Positions 1-11,157 of a stretch of 64,000 nt of DNA are shown piece by piece; the first letter of the stretch is position 1; each line of letters begins with the position of its first letter. The DNA is from Macrostomum lignano (lineage: Eukaryota), in assembly GCA_002269645.1 (NCBI GenBank), contig NIVC01000349.1, positions 124,001-188,000 of the forward strand. The letters are read 5' to 3'. The notes under the pieces were generated by a model. It searched no databases. It saw nothing but the letters and a program-made list of their open reading frames with translations, and was not told the DNA's origin. Position numbers and translations under genes: made by a program.

Positions 1-1240
1 GGAGGAGGACGGAATCCGAATCCGATACCTCACCGGAGCCTGCAGGGAGGTCCGTGCAGCGTTGCGATCAGAAATCCACCGACTGTGGCAAACACCAGCC
101 CCATAGTGGGACGACCAGGAGAAGACCGGCCTAATAATCCCGCTGCACAAAAAGGGCGACCGGTCCAACCTCAACAACTTTCGCGGCATCTGCCTTCTAC
201 CAAGCGTCAGTAGGATCATCGCTTGAATCCTAGCAACCCGTGTAGGGACCTGGGCCGAGCAGATTGGCATCCTGGACGAGAACCAAGCCGGTTTCCACAA
301 AGGCCGCTCCACGATGGACCCCACACAAGTTCTACTGAGGCTAAACGAGGACGCGGAAAAGCTGCGGGACAGCCCAGACTTTGTGGATTCCATGAACGGT
401 GAGATAACGCTCCTCGATCTGCGAAAGGCGTACCCTCGGGTTAACAAACCAGCATTGTGGGAACTGCTGAAGCATTACAACATGCCCGACCGTGTCATCG
501 CGAAGCCCCGCGACCTGCACGAGCACACCATGTACAAGGTGATGTCCGACAAAGAAGTCAGTACCGGCTTCTTCCCTCAACGAGGCCTCCGAGAAGGCTG
601 CGCTACCTCACCTACACTGTTCAACGTTTACCACCAAGCAATCATCCGCCTCGCAGAGACGAAACGTGCCGAAAGAGCCACGGCTATCGGACTCGAGCAT
701 GATATACGGTGGACTACACGCTCTGGGCACAGTTTACCACCCCAACGTGTCAACATCTACAACGAGGAAACCACAGAGGTGAACATCTCCATATCGCTGT
801 TCGCGGACGACACGACGATCATTGGCACAAGAGCTGAGTGCCAGCTCGGCACACAGACCGTAAAGGAAATAATGGGCACGCTGGAAGAACGCACTAACGA
901 CGACAAGGAAGAACATGCGGTCTTAGGAACTGAAGAGGCTAAGAAAATCCGAATGCTCGGGACCTGGCTGGGAAGAAAAGAAGACCTAGGCCAGAGACTG
1001 CAAAGGGGGGCCAGAGCGTGGGCGGGCGTGCGCAACATGCTACGCCGCACTCGACTGAGCAAGAAGACCCAAGCCAGAGTGGTCGAGGCCTGCGTTGAGA
1101 GCACGATGCTTTTCAACGCCGGAGCGCGCCCTTTCCAAAAAGGAGAAATTCGCAAACTGCAACAAGCAATGGATCGGCGGTATCGAACAATATGGAGTAG
1201 CAAGTCGAAACCACCGCTGATCGAAATGGAGGTCGATCGG
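1..1240 (+). mobile_element. Decayed non-LTR retrotransposon (LINE) reverse transcriptase fragment
   Basis: Frame from nt 2 reads GLIIPLHKKGDRSNLNNFRGICLL...ENQAGFHKGRST...LLDLRKAY...GLREGCATSPTLFN...LFADD, the canonical LINE RT motifs. In-frame stops lie at about 101 and 221. The sequence ends abruptly against lectin sequence at about 1240. Confidence 0.92.
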
Positions 1241-2449
1241 GACTGACAGAAACTGAACAAAGCTGCTGTTGCTCCGAGTCAGCCTGAAGTACATGGTCCA
1301 CTCTGCTGTGTTCCAAATCGACTCATTGAATGCCACGGGAGCTCCGACATTGTAGAACTCCCCATAACTGGCACTGAAATTCTGCTTGAAGCAGGCCCCC
1401 TCCTCTGCCGACCTCTCCACGCCGAACTGGTCCTCGATGGCGAAGGTACGCGGGTACACCAGGTTGTCGAGGCCCCTCCTGAAGTCGAACGCAGCCACGA
1501 GGTCGCCAACCTGCGCCTCCGTCTTGCACACGAACCTGTGCCTGCTGTGGCACCTGTCACTGCGCAGTCGACCAGCTGACAGCGTGACGCAGTTCACAGT
1601 CCAGTCCGCACTGTCCGGGTGTCCAGTCTCCCATGCGGGCAGCTTGTTGTCGTGTTTCCCTAAGAAATCCGTCCACTGGTAGCAGAGCTCGCGACCCGCA
1701 CTGTCAGGGAAGCAGGGGTTCAGCTTGATGAGGCCGAGCCACACCGAGTCGAGCAGCTCTGCCGACTCGCAGCTGTCGATTCCGAAGCTGAGCTTGTTCA
1801 CAAAGTCCAGCTCAGACTGGGTGAGTACCGACGCCAGCTGCGACGAGTTTCGCTGGCAGTAGAAGTTGGCCTCGTTGAAGTTGGCCTCAAACTGCGGCAT
1901 CACGTAGCACTGCTCGTCGTGCAGCCACCAGCCGCTGGGACATCGGCCCTTCGACCGCCACCACAAGTCGACGAGACTGCTGGAGTTGGCGCTCAACTTG
2001 CACACAAACGGGTGCCGCTCGTGATACAGCGAGTTGAGCCACCACTCACCGTCACTTCGGATCAGAGGTTTGTGAACGCTGTCCAGCTGAGAGAAGTTGT
2101 GTCTCTTGAAGCTCCCTACGCCGCCGCCGTCCGTCCACCTGTAGCTTGTAGGGTCGGCCAGACGGTCGAGGTCGGTGCCGAACAAACCGATCCAGGCGTC
2201 TCTGCAGTGAGACAGTCGGCTTACCAGTCGGTTCTCTTGCTCACTTTGGATGGACGCGAGGTGAGCCCGGTTAGACAGACACGTCTGCTCGGCCTGAAAC
2301 CAGTAGTTCGGCTCGCTGAACCACTTGTAGCATGAGTGAGCTCGGTGTGTCCAGCCGTGTCCGGGACACTGATTAGAGGCGGCGCCGGTGAGCAGCAGAG
2401 CTGCAGTGGCTGCGGCGAGGCAGGCAGCGAGTAGCTGGTGGTGCTGCAT
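1040..2449 (-). pseudogene. C-type lectin copy 1: signal peptide + 2 CTLDs + truncated C-terminal module, read through into antisense LINE sequence
   Basis: ATG at 2449 (MQHHQLLAACLAAATAALLLTG). Near-identical to 23283-24905 down to about 1238, after which the last ~65 codons are antisense LINE RT sequence. Confidence 0.8.
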
Positions 2450-3049
2450 TTGCTGAGTCGCCAATGGGAGTCGCTGATTGGAGCGGCCACTTTGAGTTGC
2501 AAATTTGAGCAGGCATTGCGAGGCGGCATTTATCCACTCGAGCTGCTGCTGGAATGCGTGGAGGGCGTGGAATCTCGCCAGATTGAGTGGCGCCGCCTCA
2601 GCTGAGGCTCTGCTGCAGTTGCAGGTCCGATGTGGCTGTCCGAGTCACGTCTCATAGTGGAGCTGCGATCGTGACAGCAGCCGAGTTGCTGAGTCCGTCA
2701 GAGTGAGGCCGCAGGGCCGCCACCGACAAGGCGCTGAAGAGGCGCGGTGGCAGAGCTGGCCGTTGCGGCTGCAGCTGCCGCTTCTCACGGGCGGAGCCGC
2801 TCGGACCGCCAGGAGGGCCGGAAAATTCTCGGCTTTTCAGGAGCCGCCTCTCGGAGCTTTTCTGCTTTCTGGTGTGGATTGCCGGGCGTGTCTTATTGCG
2901 TGTGGGACAGGTGCAGGGGCTGAGCGGCTGCATTCAATTGTTGCTGGGGTTCAATGCTCGAACAGAAATAAAAATTGTACTGTAGAATTGCTGTTTTTGT
3001 TGCCATGTAGACACTGATGCAGGCTTACGGACACAACTTTACAACACGG

Positions 3050-4670
3050 GAAAAAGCCAGAGAGAGAGAGGGGGGGGGGCAGAGTGCAGAAGCGAAATCG
3101 CTCATCTCAGCGATCTGAGAGCGGCCCGGTATTATACTTTCGGATATCCGTGTCTTGTGTTGTCCGCCCAGATAGTACAACTACTTTCTGATCTCCTCCC
3201 GGTTATTGCAGGTGCTTTCTGATCTCCCCCCAGATATTCCAAGCATCTTAAAGTATCCGGTCCGGATATCTCAAGCTGCTTTACGTTCTCCGGGGTACTT
3301 GCAGTCTCCCCTCTCCGGAAGTCACAAGCAGGTTGAAATATCCGGCCGGAAAACTAAGGTTTGCTATGCGATATCCGGATTGTGATGTACGGGTCAAAAA
3401 ACGATAATTTATAAAAAACGATCGACGTGCAGTGTTTTGATCTTTTCCCTGAATTCATCCTCAGTAAATAACACACGCCGCTACTGTTCCGGGCGCCTTT
3501 TCTTGCCACAGTTCCGGTTTCTCACTTTTTAGAATAATTGACCGTCTTGGAATAAGAGGCTTTACTTTTCTCTCGAATTTTGCGCTTCAAATTGTCCCTC
3601 ACTTTGAGCTCGTAAAAAACACTTGGTTTAGACTCGCCTTTGCCATGTCTGTCTTTACTTGAAACTACAAATACCTCAGTCACACTTGCAGCCTTCTAAG
3701 TTCTTAATTAAATAGCTTTTAAAAAAGAGCATCAGTCAGAATGAAGACATTGCGCAATTACACTGACAATTCAGCTAGAGCTCAGCCCTGCTAGGTACAG
3801 ATATATTAGCTGTTTGCATATAAAGGCTGCGTGAGTCCCCGCACATGCAACCAATAATTATTTGGCAGAGTTTTAGCATCGTGGTTGTACTGTAGTGACC
3901 TTCGCGAAATTTCTATACCGTACGATGTTTATTTCTAGAAAATTCTGCGATAGAATACGAGTTAAATTCTAGAAACTTCTTTCTCTAGCTTTTTCTAATC
4001 TTGTAGTAAATATTTCTACTCAATAGATATTTAATCACTGTAATTTATGATCATACTAAATATGAATACCGTACGTACGATACTAACTATAGAATTTGTT
4101 TTACTGCACTAGAACGATTCCAGAAATTTCCGGAAGACCAAATTACAGTATAAATAGACAGTATCCGAATCAGCATTTTTCTCCAAGCCTCTTCGATACT
4201 CAAGCAACTCAAGTGCTAACACAAAGAAGCAAAAACAAAGGCGAACCACCTCCTAGCTCTGCTTTCTCCCTTTCTCAGTCGCTACAGTACACCGCTCATG
4301 TACATTTTCCCCCGGAGATCTCAAATCAGGGACAACGCAAGGCATGGCTTATGTTATGCCTTGCGTTGTCTGGGACTGGAGATCGCAAAGCAAAGTCACA
4401 TTTTTCTTGCAATCTCCGGCCGGAGACTGCAAGCGCACGGAGATTGCAAAGCCTAACACCGGTCTGAGAGAGGAGCAGATTTCTGACAGTGAAAGCATGC
4501 AGTCTGTGTTACGCATGACTGAGGAGACAAGAGAGGCTGGGACAGCGACCGATTCGAGTCCAGGACTTCCCTCCTCTCGGCTCCTTCAAGAGCTCTGACA
4601 AATGTCTACCCGCGTGCAGTAAATGCAGTGAGAGCTTAGCTCCCTATACCGATATGTATCGAAAAGACTT
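3050..4670. repeat. Dispersed repeat (host of the Ginger-like insertion), also present at about 43680-43890 and 45170-45775
   Basis: 3052-3129 plus 4463-4598 match 43682-43890 almost exactly. The motif agcttagctccct..accgatatgtatcgaaaa at about 4635 matches the 61-bp repeat unit at 45170-45775. Confidence 0.8.
3130..4458. mobile_element. Non-autonomous DNA transposon, Ginger1-like
   Basis: Flanked by CCGG (3126-3129 and 4459-4462). Termini TATTATACTTT... and ...AAAGCCTAACA are imperfect inverted repeats. A related uninterrupted site is visible at 43740-43770. Confidence 0.65.
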
Positions 4671-5298
4671 ACACGAGCACCAGCTATTTATGAATGATGC
4701 ATGAAGTTGTCTCAATGCTTTAGCTGCTGCACATTCCGTCACAAGCATAGCATGTGCTTATAGCCCCACAGCCTATGGCCAGCCACCCCGAGTCCTGAAC
4801 TGCTCTACAAAAGTACAACTTAGATAATTGCTGCCGATTTTTATAATGTACCATATATTATATATTTAACTCTGTTAATTTTCCTTCATTAATGCGCTTC
4901 TAAACTAGTATCAAGTATCAAGCTACAAAAGCGCTAAAGCGGCAATTCAGGTGCATAATCTTCCAAGTCTAAAGTCCAACTTCAAGCGGTCGAAGGTGAG
5001 AAGGTTTTTAGACTGTTTTAAGGTTTTAGTAATATAAATATACACATGGTACTGTGGCCCTTAAAAGGGCCGTTTTACCTTTTTTTACATAAAGACGGAA
5101 TGAAATTTTTGCTGCCCGAACCAAGCTAAACGCATAATAAACAGAATAAGATTTCATGATCTTACATGCAAATCATTTTTACGCATAAGCATAGGGGCTG
5201 ATTATAATATACTGGTACAAAACACATTTATTGACCTGAAATGCCACAGTGGCGACTTTTTGGCTTCCTGTTATGAAGCTGAACAGAGAATTAAATCT

Positions 5299-5427
5299 TA
5301 ATTCACAATTCCTTATAATTCACAATCCCTTATAATTCACAAACTCTTATAATTCACAATCCCTTCTAATTCACAATCCCTTATAATTCACAATCCCTTC
5401 TAATTTACAATACCTTATAATTCACAA
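5299..5427. repeat. 17-bp tandem repeat (taattcacaatccctta)
   Basis: About 7 direct units read in the sequence. Confidence 0.85.
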
Positions 5428-5671
5428 AGCATTGCTTTACGAAACATTCAGTCACAAACTCCCAATTCACAGTCAAATTCGCAAGCCTTGACGAATAATA
5501 TATTCCTCAAATATTTTGTCGTGTAACTGAATTTGTCCCAGTGAGATGTGAATAAGTCCTTGGTCTGTTGGGATCCATTTTACAGTTTAATAGTGATGGC
5601 ATCCGCTGATATTCATTTATTCATGATCCTGTGGCGCATGCAGAATGTATGAGAGGGGCTGCGTTCCTAAG

Positions 5672-5856
5672 GGGTGCCAATGCTTGGTGCCTTGATGGGC
5701 GCCCCTGTCTCTTGGTGGGCGCCCCTGTCTCTTGGTGGGCGCCCCTGTCTCTTGGTTGGGTGCCCCTGTCTCTTGGTTGGGTGCCCCTGTCTCTTGGTGG
5801 GGTGCCCCTGTCTCTTGGTGGGGTGCCCCTGTTTCTTGGTGGGGTGCCCTGTCTCT
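5672..5856. repeat. 21-bp tandem repeat (gggtgcccctgtctcttggtg)
   Basis: About 8 units. Confidence 0.9.
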
Positions 5857-6069
5857 TGCAAATCAAAACAGTTTCGCTGGTTGGCTCGATTTGAGGGCTC
5901 TGAGTTTCGAAGTCCCTGGTCTCTCCGAGCCTGTGGCTGAACAGAATTCTCCGAGGAGGTTTTTTCTGAGAGGTCAAAGGTTCTGAGTTAAATGTTGTGA
6001 GTGAATTAAACGTGAATGTGTTACGAATATTGGTAAACATTTATGAATAGTGCAGGTGATATTGGTATG

Positions 6070-6309
6070 TTATTTAACCTTTATTTCTCTGATAAGTCGA
6101 GAGGCGGAGTTCATAGCTTCTGCCCTAATGAAAAGATAAAGCGGAGGCAAATTAAGGATAGTGCTCAGCCCCTCGTAAGGGGTTGACGCACCTGTGATGG
6201 CGCGGCAGATGCTGGCCTGTAGCTGGGATGGACGCTCACAGGCGGTCTTCTGCTCCAGCGCGCTCGGCCAGATCTTCACCTGTAATATACAGTCAGAAAC
6301 TTTCACCAA
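6070..6309 (-). mobile_element. LINE fragment, post-RT region of I/R1/Loa-type elements
   Basis: Translation ...SQLQASICRAITGASTPYEGLSTILNLPPLYLFIRAEAM matches the Q..RxITGA..TP..L..L.LPPL motif downstream of RT in these clades. Confidence 0.7.
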
Positions 6310-6529
6310 ACTTTCACCAATATTCGCAATAAGGTTCCTGCCGAAATTCAGCCCAGAATCGAAGCTCTCACTGATGACCTCGTCTGAAATTTCTGCTCAG
6401 CCGAGGGCCCGGACAGACTGGAATGTCAGCTTAGGAACTGACTCGGCCACTGGGGAGCTGGGGTGGCTGAATCGTGTGACCCCATCTCCCAGATCCCAAA
6501 TCTGACTGATTCCCCACCCAGATGCCACA

Positions 6530-7363
6530 TTATCCATATTGAGTTACATGTAATCTTCCATATTGAGCTACAAGTAATCTCCCATATTGAGCTACATGTA
6601 AACTTTCATATTGAGCTACATGTAATCTTCCATATTGAGCTACATGTAATCTTCCATATTGAGCTACATGTAATCTTCCATATTGAGCTACATGTAATCT
6701 TACATTTTGAGCTACATGTAATCTTCCATATCGAGCTACATGTAATCTTCCATATTGAGCTACATGTAATCTTCCATATTGAGCTACATGTAATCTTCCA
6801 TATTGAGCTACATGTAATCTTCCACATTGAGCTACATGTAATCTTCCATATTGAGCTACATGCAATCTTCCATATTGAGCTACATGTAATCTTCCATATT
6901 GAGCTACATGTAATCTTCCATATTGAGCTACATGTAATCTTCCATATTGAGCTACATGTAATCTTCCATATTGAGCTACATGTAATCTTCCATATTGAGC
7001 TACATGTAATCTTACATTTTGAGCTACATGTAATCTTCCATATCGAGCTACATGTAATCTTCCATATTGAGCTACATGTAATCTTCCATATTGAGCTACA
7101 TGTAATCTTCCATATTGAGCTACATGTAATCTTCCACATTGAGCTACATGTAATCTTCCATATTGAGCTACATGCAATCTTCCATATTGAGCTACATGTA
7201 ATCTTCCATATTGAGCTACATGTAATCTTCCATATTGAGCTACATGTAATCTTCCATATCGAGCTACATGTAATCTTCCATATTGAGCTACATGTAATCT
7301 TCCATATTGAGCTACATGTAATCTTCCATATTGAGCTACATGTAATCTTACATATTGAGCTAC
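6530..7363. repeat. 24-bp minisatellite (catattgagctacatgtaatcttc); paralog at 27110-27535
   Basis: About 35 units here versus about 18 in the paralog. Confidence 0.95.
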
Positions 7364-8069
7364 AAAGACTCAGAGAACAGCGGCTGACTGTATTGAAGTG
7401 TTCTGAAACTAGCTAAGTAGTCAGTACGAGTTGTATATCAGCGCATATTTATTAGTTGTCAATGCAGATGCAGGTAAAAAAACACAAAAGCTTTAATCCG
7501 CAGACAATGTCAATCACATTGGGAGGTGACAGTCCAGGTCGGGACAGACCGCATGGTTTGGGACAAAATCACCAAATGAATGAAGGAGTCGAACAGCAGG
7601 TACTGAAGGTGACACAAATACTGACAGACTGCAGTGCCATCCGGGGTGAAGGCAACCAACTCAGGAAATAAAAAAGCAAAACTGACAAGCAATTTCAATT
7701 CGTAAAAAAGGCCAATAGCAGCAATTAATGGAATACTTTCCTCGGGACTGAAGAACTGCGTGACAAAAAAAGACGCACAAAACGCATGACTTACTACTTA
7801 TAACAAATTGTGAATCAGTAGTACATCACAATAAATAAATCAGTTCGATTATGCAACAGAGAAGATTGTTAGAACTGTGACTGGGGAATGAATGCAGATT
7901 AACTGGGGACTGGCTGGGACTGAAACTGGTTGTGGGGACTCGAGGCTGATCGGCTTTGATTGACAGGTGACTGACCATTGCTTGAGGTGATCAGCAATGG
8001 GAATTGGACACTGATGCAGCAGAGAAGCTTGCAGTCTCAGTGGGGTTTGGCTCATAGACTGGGAAAAGA

Positions 8070-8327
8070 GAGAGGCTGATGGGGAAGCTGGAGAGGCTGA
8101 TGGGGAAGCTGGAGAGGCTGATGGGGAAGCTGGAGAGGCTGATGGGGAAGCTGGAGAGGCTGATGGGGAAGCTGGAGAGGCCGATGGGGAAGCTGGAGAG
8201 GCTGATGGGGAAGCTGGAGAGGCTGATGGGGAAGCTGGAGAGGCTGATGGGGAAGCTGGAGAGGCTGATGGGGAAGCTGGAGAGACTGATGAGGAAGCTG
8301 GAGAGGCTGATGGAGAGGCTGATGGAG
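8070..8327. repeat. 21-bp minisatellite (gatggggaagctggagaggct) just 3' of the kinesin stop; paralog at 28222-28565
   Basis: Direct tandem units immediately downstream of the TGA. Confidence 0.9.
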
Positions 8328-8956
8328 AACTCCAAACTGGCACGAGAGCCGCAGCCTCATTTTCCAGCCTTCATCTGCTGCCACGCCCTCCTCTGCGGCT
8401 GCAGCACCTTGTCGTGCCTGACGAACAGACCGTGCCGGGCCCTGCACCTGAAGTACTTGACGCCCTTCACCGAGCCGTCGTTGCGGCCCTCGGGCTGGTC
8501 CAGTTCCACCCCCACCCAGGTGCCCGCCGCGAACTGGGTCGGGCCGCAGAACCTCACGTGACCCGGCAGCTTCGCGCCCTGCGGCTGCTGCACCAGACAC
8601 GGCTCACCCGGCTTCAGCCAGGCTGGCGGCGCGGTGTCCACCCTGCCGGAGCCGCTGAGGTCCTGTCGGGAGCCGAAGGCTGACGCGCTGTCGGAGAACT
8701 CCTCGTCACCGCCTCCGCCGTTCGGCGCCTTCTGGGCGGAGCGCTTGGGGCTCTGCAGCAGGCGGGTGAGGCGGACAAGGCCCTCGCCTTCGCCGGCCTC
8801 CGCGGCCTCCGGCGGCTGCTCCGCCGCGGTGCCCACCGGCGGGGGCGGCGGCTGCGTCGGCGACGGAGCTTCCGGGGGCTCAGCGGGTGGCGGCTGCGCG
8901 GTCTCGAGGACTGCGGAGTCCACGGGCTGCGGCACCTCCTGAGAGCGGCAGGTTTG

Positions 8957-9580
8957 ACATCCCATCTGACTGATTCCCCACTCAGATCCCATCTGACTGA
9001 TTCCCCACTCAGATCCCATCTGACTGATTCCCCACTCAGATCCCACTTGACTGATTCCCCACTCAGATCCCACCTGACCGATTCCCCACTCAGATCCCAC
9101 CTGACCGATTCCCTCACATCCCACCTGACTGATTCCCCACTGAGATCCCACCTGACCGATTCCCTCACATCCCATGTGACCGATTCCCTCACATCCCACC
9201 TGACCGATTCTCTCACATCCCACCTGACCGATTCCCTCACATCCCACCTGACCGATTCCCTCACATCCCACCTGACCGATTCTCTCACATCCCACCTGAC
9301 CGATTCCCTCACATCCCACCTGACCGATTCCCTCACATCCCACCTGACCGATTCCCTCACAACCCACCTGACCGATTCCCTCACATCCCACCTGACCGAT
9401 TCCCTCACATCCCACCTGACCGATTCTCTCACATCCCACCTGACCGATTCTCTCACATCCCACCTGACCGATTCTCTCACATCCCACCTGACCGATTCCC
9501 TCACATCCCACCTGACCGATTCCCTCACATCCCACCTGACCGATTCCCTCACATCCCACCTGACCGATTCCCTCACATCC
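8957..9580. repeat. 24/27-bp minisatellite (tcccacctgaccgattccctcaca); paralog at 29190-29450
   Basis: Fills the last intron almost from donor to acceptor. Confidence 0.9.
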
Positions 9581-10054
9581 TCACCTGCTGCTGGAAGGCC
9601 GCCCACGAGGTGTCCCTGTCCAGGTACATGGACTGCGTCAGCTGTGCCCTCTCCGACTTGCTCTTCCGCATCCGCCCTCCGCAGTCCTCGTTGAAGGGAT
9701 TCCGGCGCCGGCTGCCCCCGTCACCGCCGTCGCTGTCTTCAGAGGCCGCGTCGCCGCCTCGGTCGGGGAAGTCCGCCTCGCCGAGGAAGTCGCCGCCGGG
9801 GCCGCCGCGGTGTCCGCCGAAGCTGGCGGCCTCCTCAGCCAGCGGCTTCATGGGAGTCAGCAGCAGCGAGGACCGCGACATCAGCCCGCCTGCGCCTCCG
9901 GTGCCTCCTGCGCCACCGCCTCCGCTGCCTCCGGCTCCGCCAAGGACTCCGGCAGGGTGCGAGGACAGCGGGCTGATCAGGGGGTTCTTGGCCGCTGCTG
10001 ACGCCGGGTTGGAAGGGAGCGGAGGGGGGCGAGGGGCTGCAGAGCTCTGACGTC

Positions 10055-10588
10055 TGACATTCACTAGTCATGCCGTCTGACATCCACTGACATTCACCAG
10101 TCATGCCGTCTGACATCCACTGACAATCACCAGTCATGCCGTCTGACATCCACCGACATTCACCAGTCATGCCGTCTGACATCCACTGACATTCACCAGT
10201 CATGCCGTCTGACATCCACTAACATTCACCAGTCATGCCGTCTGACATCCACTGACATTCACCAGTCATGCCGTCTGACATCCACCGACATTCACCAGCC
10301 ATGCCGTCTGACATCCACTGACAATCACCAGTCATGCCGTCTGACATCCACCGACATTCACCAGTCATGCCGTCTGACATCCACTGACATTCACCAGTCA
10401 TGCCGTCTGACATCCACTGACATTCACCAGTCATGCCGTCTGACATCCACTGACATTCACCAGTCATGCCGTCTGACATCCACTGACATTCACCAGTCAT
10501 GCCGTCTGACATCCACTGACAATCACCAGTCATGCCGTCTGACATCCACTGACATTCACCAGTCATGCCGTCTGACATCCACTAACAT
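10055..10588. repeat. 33-bp minisatellite (gacatccactgacattcaccagtcatgccgtct); paralog at 29920-30213
   Basis: Tandem units abutting the exon-15 acceptor. Confidence 0.9.
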
Positions 10589-11157
10589 TATTTACATCTG
10601 TCTCTGACACCCTCCCTTCACACCCTCTCTCCCACCTTCTCACTCGCAATCCATCAAGCCACAAACTTCATAACAAAGAAGAACAAGAGCAATAAAAACT
10701 GAAAAAGTTAAACTAAAATGAACAAATAAAGGTCAAGTTACTGAAAAGCGCGCAATTTGGTACATATTTAGCCTACTGTTTAGCCTAAGTAGCATAGCGC
10801 GCTTCTGGGCTTTCAGACTGAAACCTGAACCGGAAGGGAGAGTTTGGATTCCCTACTTTCCGCATGCTGCACTGCTACTCACAGTAGTAAGCACCTGATA
10901 CAGGAGTTGTCAGTTCATGCGGCATGCTAAAATAGATTCATATGCATTTCACCTACTGACAGTACTGCATGGCTAACAAAATAAACACAATAGTCAGATA
11001 TCGGATCCGACTTATGGAAATATATAATTATATATATTATAATTAAGTGACAAAGTGCGAGTTAAAATGCTAATACACTAATTGGGTGCAGGGCATTAGT
11101 AAGTCTGGACTAATGCTGAGCTGCTGCGATGCTGAGGCAGCTCGTGCGATGCATCAT

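Noticed and set aside
6463-7416. 317-aa ORF of HIELHVIF repeats, and the many similar ORFs at 15879, 20319-21218, 22332-23215, 33909, 38097, 39819, 43644, 47289, 48852 and 50882
   Set aside because: Open frames are created by tandem repeats lacking stops; they lie in introns or intergenic satellites and are open on both strands.
8079-8561. Plus-strand heptad ORF (MGKLERL)n, also at 28233-28793, resembling a coiled coil
   Set aside because: It is the 21-bp satellite next to the kinesin stop plus the antisense of the CAP-Gly exon; there is no independent gene evidence.
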